A stretch of DNA of 64,000 nt from an uncultured Clostridia bacterium. Lineage in GTDB: Bacteria; Bacillota; Clostridia; TANB77; CAG-508. Below are positions 54,414 through 61,276 of the stretch, piece by piece. The position numbers and the translations under genes were made by a program. The stretch is taken from the NCBI GenBank assembly GCA_947623945.1, contig CANQHU010000001.1:102585-166584 (forward strand), written 5' to 3'. The stretch's first letter is position 1. Each line of letters opens with the position of its first letter. The notes under the pieces were generated by a model. The model saw nothing but the letters and a program-made list of their open reading frames with translations. It was not told where the DNA came from and ran no database searches.

Positions 54414-54965
54414 GTGAGCATATCAAATAATACACTCAACAATTTCATTTTACGAGGAAATCTCTACTTTGTCAACATCGTTGACGGTGGAGGAAGTAAG
54501 CAGGACGGTCTTCGTCCTTGTCTTATCGTAAGCAACAATGCCAATAACCGGCATTCCACGGTGTTAGAGGTAGTATATATCACTTCTAAGATGACCAAAG
54601 TGAAGCTGCCAACCCATGTGCCGATTTCCGGTCACGGATTGACCAAACCAAGTTTGGTATTGTGCGAACAGATTTCTACAGTAAACCGGTATCAGCTTTG
54701 CCGGTATCTTGGACATTTAACAGAAGAAGAAATGGAACCGATTGATGCCGCTTTGGGCGTGTCGATTGACTTACATAACATGGAAACTCGTTATCATGCG
54801 TTAAAGACCGAATTGGAGCAGTCGTATGTGCGAGACCTTGAAGTGTTATCTATTACACCAACGCCCAATGGGACGCTGGATATTGCGATGAAATTACCGC
54901 ATCAGGAAAAAATATATCATAAATTTGTGAAAGGAGACTTGCTAAAATGCCAACCATTGTTGTAG
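54414..54965 (+). CDS. MazF/PemK-family endoribonuclease toxin-like protein with an extra C-terminal region of about 70 aa
   Basis: RGNLYFVNI..G..QDGLRPCLIVSNNANN..VLEVVYITSK...LPTHVPIS..GLTKPSLVLCEQISTVNRYQL..YLGHLTEEEMEPIDAAL fits the PemK fold signature. GTG at 54414 lies 9 nt after AAGGAG; an alternative ATG is at 54393. Confidence 0.7.
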   Translation: MSISNNTLNNFILRGNLYFVNIVDGGGSKQDGLRPCLIVSNNANNRHSTVLEVVYITSKMTKVKLPTHVPISGHGLTKPSLVLCEQISTVNRYQLCRYLGHLTEEEMEPIDAALGVSIDLHNMETRYHALKTELEQSYVRDLEVLSITPTPNGTLDIAMKLPHQEKIYHKFVKGDLLKCQPLL

Positions 54966-57103
54966 GGAGATTACAGCCGGAAACGGTTCGCTTAAATGAG
55001 GGTGGCGAAACCCGTTGGATAAAGGGGGATATTATCTTGCATCCAAACTGCCGCCAAATTTTAAGCGAAATCCACCAGAAAAGACTCCCCTTTACGCATA
55101 CCACCGGAAAGGTACTACCGAAAGGCTTTGTTATCTTGACCGGGGAATTAACCTCTTACCGGATTCCAAAGACCGATATCGACTGGAAGACGCTGGAGGT
55201 CAAAGAGGTTATTACAGAACAATCCCCGACCTTTCAGGCCATTGGACTACCCTTCATTGAGGTCGTCCGAAAGATTGCCAAGGAAGACCCCGAAGTGTTG
55301 GAACAGCTCGGTTCGGCCAAGCTGTTGTTAAAACAAAAGATTGTAGAACTGGTCGGGAAACAGAACCAGTTTGCCGACCGGCTGATAGATATCTTTGGCG
55401 ATAATGCGTATCAAAAGCTCGTCGAAAATCCGTGGAAGATGATACATTTCATTCCCTATTTCACGATGAAACAGGCAGACGCCGTGGCGCAAAAGTTGGG
55501 GATTCCCTTAGACGATGAACGGCGGTTTCAGGAACATTTCCGGTATTTGTTAGAGCAAGCCTTTGAGAACCGCCGGGACACCTATATGTCCTATAATGAA
55601 TTCATGGCCATTTATTATATGAACTTTACCAATGATATGACTGCCGACGAATATAAAGATTTGGTCAATCAGCCAGACCCACCGGTGATTCGTACCCGTC
55701 TGGGCTATCATCCGGCCCATTTCTTCTATGCAGAAAAAGCCAGCTTCAAAGTGGTCAGACAAAGTCAGGATATTTCCGTTCCGGTTACCGAGGAAGAGGA
55801 ACAGCTCTTGCAGCGGGTGATTGCCAATGAAGAGATAACCTTGACGGAGGAGCAGTACACCGCAGCAAAGCTGGCATTCCATACGCCGATGCACATTATC
55901 AAGGGCGGTCCCGGAACCGGGAAAACCACCGTGTTAAACACCATCTTAAAGAAGTTAATGCTATTGACCGGCAGCGGTCCAGCCGATGAGTTTGCTCCCT
56001 TTTTGTTGGTGGCGCCGACAGGAAAAGCGGCCTATCGAATGTGGGAGCAGACCGGGATTTCTGCCCATACCGCACATTCCGCCTTTGGCATTTTGCCGGA
56101 TTATGGGTGTGTCGATGTACAGGAAACAGCGCATCGGTTGTCCCATATCCGCTATATTGTCATTGACGAGGCGTCTATGTTAGATACCATGCTGTTTGGC
56201 GATATGTGTCGGGTGATGCTGGCAATGGACCATCTTCCCTTTTTGTTGGTCGTTGGTGACGAAGACCAGCTCCAGCCGGTATCCCATGGACAGGTCTTTA
56301 AAGACTTAATTGCCTATTTTATCAAAAAGGCGCCGGAGCAGATAACAACCTTAAACCTGTTAAAGCGGCAGGCAGCAGACAGCCACATTCCGGAGCTGGC
56401 GTCTTACATTCGACAGGGACAGTTCCCGGACGCCGATTGGTTTGCAGATAAGCCGGATATTTCCTTTGTTCCGACAAATATGAACAATCTACAAGCCACA
56501 TTGACCGAACAGGTCTTAAAGCCAAAGCTCGATGAAATTGAAACCATACAGATTTTAACGCCCTATCGCAATGGCAGTACGCCGGATACCATCTATGCGT
56601 TAAATGAGTTATGTGAGCCTTTGTTTAATCCGGACACCGAAACTTCACCGGAAGTGCGTCTCAAAACGCCTCCCCGTATTTTCAAAGAGGGGGATAAGGT
56701 CATTAACCGGATTAATCGGAGTGAGACCGTCATTAACGGTTCGATTGGCATTATACAGGCGATTCATAATCAGTCCCGTGATGTGTTTGCATGGACGATT
56801 GAAGTCCTGTTTGAGAGTGGAACTTCGGTGACCTATGCGTTTGATGAGTGGAAGTATTTGGAACCGGCATATGCCATTACCATTCATGCCTCACAGGGTT
56901 CGGAATATGAGAGGGTTGTCACCTGTATTGTCCGGGGAACGACCGGCTTTTTAAATCGAAATCTGCTCTATGTAGCAGTGACCAGAGCGTCCAAACAGTT
57001 GGTATTAATGGGTGATATCTATGAGATGAAACGCATTGCCGCAACAGAAGAAATTCCGAGAAAGACGGCGCTTCGTCCATGGCTGTTAGAGCAAGCCCGA
57101 TAG
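54947..57103 (+). CDS. RecD/RecD2-like SF1 helicase
   Basis: GGPGTGKTT, IVIDEASMLD, VVGDEDQLQPV, ITIHASQGSEYERVV and LLYVAVTRASKQLVLMGD. Confidence 0.85.
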   Translation: MPTIVVGRLQPETVRLNEGGETRWIKGDIILHPNCRQILSEIHQKRLPFTHTTGKVLPKGFVILTGELTSYRIPKTDIDWKTLEVKEVITEQSPTFQAIGLPFIEVVRKIAKEDPEVLEQLGSAKLLLKQKIVELVGKQNQFADRLIDIFGDNAYQKLVENPWKMIHFIPYFTMKQADAVAQKLGIPLDDERRFQEHFRYLLEQAFENRRDTYMSYNEFMAIYYMNFTNDMTADEYKDLVNQPDPPVIRTRLGYHPAHFFYAEKASFKVVRQSQDISVPVTEEEEQLLQRVIANEEITLTEEQYTAAKLAFHTPMHIIKGGPGTGKTTVLNTILKKLMLLTGSGPADEFAPFLLVAPTGKAAYRMWEQTGISAHTAHSAFGILPDYGCVDVQETAHRLSHIRYIVIDEASMLDTMLFGDMCRVMLAMDHLPFLLVVGDEDQLQPVSHGQVFKDLIAYFIKKAPEQITTLNLLKRQAADSHIPELASYIRQGQFPDADWFADKPDISFVPTNMNNLQATLTEQVLKPKLDEIETIQILTPYRNGSTPDTIYALNELCEPLFNPDTETSPEVRLKTPPRIFKEGDKVINRINRSETVINGSIGIIQAIHNQSRDVFAWTIEVLFESGTSVTYAFDEWKYLEPAYAITIHASQGSEYERVVTCIVRGTTGFLNRNLLYVAVTRASKQLVLMGDIYEMKRIAATEEIPRKTALRPWLLEQAR

Positions 57104-57107
57104 CCCC

Positions 57108-57135
57108 TTGTCATTTTCTTACGATTTGCTATAAT
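57108..57135 (+). promoter_or_regulatory. sigma-70-type promoter with extended -10
   Basis: TTGTCA, 16-nt spacer, TGcTATAAT. Confidence 0.6.
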
Positions 57136-57164
57136 AAATGAGGAATATACAGGGGGAAGAAAGA

Positions 57165-57725
57165 ATGAGAGAACCAACTTTAATCGTGGTTGCAGGCCCG
57201 GCAGGCGCCGGAAAAACGACATTGGGAATGCAGATTGCCAAAGTCTTACACGCAACCTTCTTAGACAAAGATACGATTTCCGAGGCGTTTACCGACTATA
57301 TCTTAGGCGGAAACACCCGGGAATCGGAATTATATCGCAATGAAGTGTGTCCGTTGGAGTATGCCGTGTCCTTGCAGTTATGTGAGGAAAATCTGGCCGT
57401 CGGACAATCCGTTGTCTTAGTGCTTTCGATGATTGGACAAATTGCTGATTATGGAGCATGGAAAACCCTACAGGAAGAGGCGTCGGTTTCTTTTGCGGAT
57501 TACAAAGTGAAATTTATTTGGATTTTACCAAAGGAAGAAATAGAATATGCCCGCATCTTAGAACGGGGCGCAGAGCGGGACGAATACAAACTACAGCACT
57601 GGGACGAGTATTATGCTGCCATTTCTGCCTTGCAGCCGGATTCCCGGTATCAGGCATACCGGTACGATAACGCCCATCCAAAGGAACGAAACTTTAACTT
57701 GTTGTTAAAATGGATTACAAAATAG
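57165..57725 (+). CDS. P-loop kinase (AAA_33/gluconokinase-like fold)
   Basis: LIVVAGPAGAGKTTLG Walker A followed by FLDKD. About 186 aa. Confidence 0.6.
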   Translation: MREPTLIVVAGPAGAGKTTLGMQIAKVLHATFLDKDTISEAFTDYILGGNTRESELYRNEVCPLEYAVSLQLCEENLAVGQSVVLVLSMIGQIADYGAWKTLQEEASVSFADYKVKFIWILPKEEIEYARILERGAERDEYKLQHWDEYYAAISALQPDSRYQAYRYDNAHPKERNFNLLLKWITK

Positions 57726-57737
57726 GAGGAGACATCA

Positions 57738-58379
57738 ATGGCAAATGTAAAACGACTGCTGGCATTCCTTTGTCTGTTTGCTTTTATTGGCACCTTTATC
57801 GGCTGCATCGGACTGTTATGCCTGCAACTGGATACGAAAGGACATTTGACTTACAAACAGTTTGAACAAGCAGTAAAGGTCAAAGAGAAGAAAGCTGTCA
57901 TTGGGACAAACATTACTTTACATCAAAAAATCTATGGGACAGACAAAACAACCTATCGGTATAAGCTGAAAACAGACTGTCACTATTGGAAGTACGAAGA
58001 CCGCTATTTAAGTGAAACGCCGCTTCCAATGACCGAATCCTATGCCGCCGTGGAAACCAACGCCTATGCGCTTACCTTATCGTATCAAAATGTGACCTTG
58101 GCGACAGGACAGTTCTTTGAAGTTCCTATCTTGGAACTTACCGATAACGATATCACCTATGAAGAATTTAAAAACAATCTGCTGCATACCGCGTACAGTA
58201 AATATCGGAAAAACCGGGACAAGGGAATTTCCATTTCGCCAATGCAGTATGTGATTTTCATCCTGTTAGCAACCGGGTTGATTTGTATTTATGGCCGCAA
58301 TACGATTGTGCCGAGTATCAAAAAGCTGGGACACCATAAAAAGTATGACAAAGACGATGAAATGAAATCCAAAGTGTGA
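57738..58379 (+). CDS. membrane protein (N- and C-terminal TM segments)
   Basis: LLAFLCLFAFIGTFIGCIGLLCL and YVIFILLATGLICIYG. Confidence 0.6.
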   Translation: MANVKRLLAFLCLFAFIGTFIGCIGLLCLQLDTKGHLTYKQFEQAVKVKEKKAVIGTNITLHQKIYGTDKTTYRYKLKTDCHYWKYEDRYLSETPLPMTESYAAVETNAYALTLSYQNVTLATGQFFEVPILELTDNDITYEEFKNNLLHTAYSKYRKNRDKGISISPMQYVIFILLATGLICIYGRNTIVPSIKKLGHHKKYDKDDEMKSKV

Positions 58380-58419
58380 TATAATAGAGGAAATAAAATA
58401 GAAAAGAGAGGTATATGAT

Positions 58420-59031
58420 ATGAGAAAATTTGCAATTTTCAATACTAAGGAATTTGGCTTTTACAATGCGGATGGCAATATGAAGAACGATTTGTTAAAC
58501 AGCGCTATCTTTACCGAAGAGACAGCCAAAGAGCATAACATCGACCTTACCAGTAAGGATATTGCCATTGTTCAGATGACACAGGAAATGTGGGATAGTT
58601 TACCATCGTTTGATATGGTAGTAGATACCGCGCCCGATGTGCCTTTTGATGTAGAGCCATCGGAGGAATTGGGGGAGCAGGCAAGAAATTCCAACTTTGC
58701 TGCAATGCATTTCTTTGGTTTCTATTGTGACAAATTTAATCAACCGAAAATATTCGGATTTGACTCTACGAGAATGCAGGTCTATAATGCAAAAGAGATA
58801 GAAACCATTGCAGCCGATAAGAGTTATCTGTTTTCCGGTAATTATGCAAGTATGCTAAAGCAGTCGCCTACACAGGTATTAATTCCATTTACCGATGAGC
58901 AGGTAAAGCAGATAAGTGCCACACATCCGGAGTTGACCGGTTCGATATTGGAAAATGCAGAGCGAAAGTCAGCAGGACTTGATGATTCCGACCTTGAAGA
59001 TTTAGCAGAGACAGATAATTTGCAGCAGTAA
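58420..59031 (+). CDS. hypothetical protein
   Basis: 203 aa, with an RBS of AGAGAGG. Confidence 0.6.
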   Translation: MRKFAIFNTKEFGFYNADGNMKNDLLNSAIFTEETAKEHNIDLTSKDIAIVQMTQEMWDSLPSFDMVVDTAPDVPFDVEPSEELGEQARNSNFAAMHFFGFYCDKFNQPKIFGFDSTRMQVYNAKEIETIAADKSYLFSGNYASMLKQSPTQVLIPFTDEQVKQISATHPELTGSILENAERKSAGLDDSDLEDLAETDNLQQ

Positions 59032-59097
59032 TCGGCAAAAAAAATTTGGAGCCGTAAAAAATATCCAAGTTCGAGGGATATTGACTAAATAAAGGGG

Positions 59098-59134
59098 GCC
59101 TTCCTGTATGGAAATACGGGGAGGTTTCTTTTTT
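59098..59134 (+). terminator. intrinsic terminator
   Basis: CCTTCCTGTA-TGGAAA-TACGGGGAGG (two G-U pairs) followed by TTTCTTTTTTT. Confidence 0.7.
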
Positions 59135-59182
59135 TATTCAAGTACAGTGTGAATGTGCAGCGTGTCGAGAAAGGAGAAAACG

Positions 59183-59380
59183 ATGAGCAAAGAAGAGTTT
59201 GAACTGTATGTAGAAGAAAATTTTGCCAGTGAGCGGGGCGCGTTCCTACGGTTACTTACCAATACGCTGGATTTTGTGGAACAACGGTTTCCCGAAGAAG
59301 AGCGTCACGAGCGATTGTGGGAGCTTTTGGAGGGCACCATTGGTTTGACCAAAGAAGAAGTAGACCAAATTCGATTTTGA
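59183..59380 (+). CDS. hypothetical small protein
   Basis: ATG follows AAGGAG. 65 aa. Confidence 0.55.
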   Translation: MSKEEFELYVEENFASERGAFLRLLTNTLDFVEQRFPEEERHERLWELLEGTIGLTKEEVDQIRF

Positions 59381-59397
59381 GAAAGGAGACAAGAACC

Positions 59398-60288
59398 ATG
59401 AATCATTTTTATCGTTCTAAATCGGAGGGTATCATTGTATTGGACGGCACGGTTCGGGACAAGCGATTGGTTGATACGATTGTGCTTTGCCAGACCCGGT
59501 GGCGCCAGTTTTTACGCGAGGGAGAGGGCGTCGACCCGGCGTTACAAGGCATTTATTCCGATGTTGTCGACAGCATCTTAACCTATTATGTTCAATCTGT
59601 TCACGCCGTATTGCCGGAGCCTCCGGAGAGATACTGGGAAGTGGCCATTTCCTTGGTAGGCCCAATCATTCGAGATGGACTGGGCGCTATCTTACAGTTT
59701 GCCTTAACCGAGTATTCCTTAACAGGAAAGATAACCGCCCATTTATATATTTGGTATGATTTGACACGGAAAACGCTTTGCGCATCGCCAAATTCCTTTG
59801 AACAGCCGGCAACTGATTATCTCTTAAACGGACTTTGTTCCGTAGGAGACGGTGTTATCCGAAAGATAGATAACGAATATATGGAATTGGCCGAAGGATT
59901 ATTCCGCTCTCATCTGGAGGGAAACGACCTTGTCAACGGCGCTGCCTCTGAGGCATTGTGGGACAGAATAGAATCCAATACCGATTTGCTTCGCGCCATT
60001 CGGGACAGTCAGATGATTTGGGCGGAATGTCTTCAGGAAAAGACCAGTTCTTACGCTTATACGGAGGCCGAATTGCAGGAGATTCTCGCACCCTTTGTTG
60101 CACTGGTATCTCCCCGGGTACAGGAAAATGCCGAATGTACCGTTTCCATTCAAGCCATCGGTTCTGCGGTCGAAGAAGTGCCGTCTATCTTACAATTTTG
60201 TATCTGGGAGCCGTCTCGACGGGCCATGGTGTATCTGGCATACGATGAACAGGTCGATGTGATGTGTGGTTCCGGACAGCCATTTTAA
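59398..60288 (+). CDS. hypothetical protein
   Basis: ATG at 59398 follows GAAAGGAGA. 296 aa. Confidence 0.6.
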   Translation: MNHFYRSKSEGIIVLDGTVRDKRLVDTIVLCQTRWRQFLREGEGVDPALQGIYSDVVDSILTYYVQSVHAVLPEPPERYWEVAISLVGPIIRDGLGAILQFALTEYSLTGKITAHLYIWYDLTRKTLCASPNSFEQPATDYLLNGLCSVGDGVIRKIDNEYMELAEGLFRSHLEGNDLVNGAASEALWDRIESNTDLLRAIRDSQMIWAECLQEKTSSYAYTEAELQEILAPFVALVSPRVQENAECTVSIQAIGSAVEEVPSILQFCIWEPSRRAMVYLAYDEQVDVMCGSGQPF

Positions 60289-60293
60289 GCCAT

Positions 60294-60329
60294 AAAAAAG
60301 TCTTCGACGGTGTCGGAGACTTTTTTTTT
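60294..60329. terminator. bidirectional intrinsic terminator at the strand switch
   Basis: A6 - AGTCTTCGAC-GGT-GTCGGAGACT - T9, between convergent genes. Confidence 0.8.
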
Positions 60330-60330
60330 G

Positions 60331-61263
60331 TTATAAGCTCAAGGCTTCTGCCTGCTGTTTAGCTGGAGATAACGACGCTTTTAAGCGATTGGCTGCCTCT
60401 TGGAATTTGGCATTGTCCCGTTCCTGTTTTGCCGGGTCAATACTTCGGCGAACCTCGTATACGACAGTCTTATTGACACGCCAGTGTACAAAATCCTTGA
60501 CCGCCGCTTTGCGTTCGGGCGTTACATCCATGAACCGCAAATCGCCATAGCGAACGCCGGGTGGCAGACATTGTTTCTGCATATTTTCCCGCACGGTGGA
60601 GGATAGGTTCTTTAACACGGCTTCCACACCGTAGCCGGAGCCAATGGACATTCCATTGTCAATTTCATCTAATTTCGTTTCATACTGATTTCGATATTCC
60701 TTCTGAATCAGTTCGTACATATTGGGCGTCAATGGCATATAGCCAACCGGGTCCCGTAAAGGGGCTACGCCCTTGCTTTCGCAAAGTTCGTTAAATAACG
60801 CAATGCCTTCGTCTTTGGATACTTTGGACGGAACCTCTTTGCCAAGCCAATCCTTGACAAAATCGGTATCTACTATTGTTTCCCATTTCGTTGCGGTCAC
60901 ATGAAGCTGCAAATGGCCCTTGATGTCGTTACGAACGGATTTTTCAAAGTTCCGCTTCGCTTCCTGCCGCTCGGTCAAAAACGATTGATACTGTTCCTGC
61001 ATGGTTTCATCAAAGCAACAGGTGGTAGCATAGCGTTCGCCCATTTCTTCCACTAAGGGCAGGGAAAGTCCCGGCGCTTCGGTGACTTCCCCGTTTGGTT
61101 CATATTGAATCGTGCCACTGGAAAGGTCAAAGATACAATGAGCTGTCCCATCCGGGTCTATCAGCCGGCCATTCGTCCGGTTGGCTTCCCAGTGCCAATT
61201 CCCGGAAGAGAGAATGGGCACGGTTTCTGTTTTGTTGGTCACATCGGATAAAAACCAAGCCAT
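60331..61263 (-). CDS. hypothetical protein
   Basis: 310 aa. Lies downstream of, and 13 nt from, the RNA polymerase-like gene. Confidence 0.6.
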   Translation of the reverse strand: MAWFLSDVTNKTETVPILSSGNWHWEANRTNGRLIDPDGTAHCIFDLSSGTIQYEPNGEVTEAPGLSLPLVEEMGERYATTCCFDETMQEQYQSFLTERQEAKRNFEKSVRNDIKGHLQLHVTATKWETIVDTDFVKDWLGKEVPSKVSKDEGIALFNELCESKGVAPLRDPVGYMPLTPNMYELIQKEYRNQYETKLDEIDNGMSIGSGYGVEAVLKNLSSTVRENMQKQCLPPGVRYGDLRFMDVTPERKAAVKDFVHWRVNKTVVYEVRRSIDPAKQERDNAKFQEAANRLKASLSPAKQQAEALSL

Positions 61264-61276
61264 GATATCGACCTCC

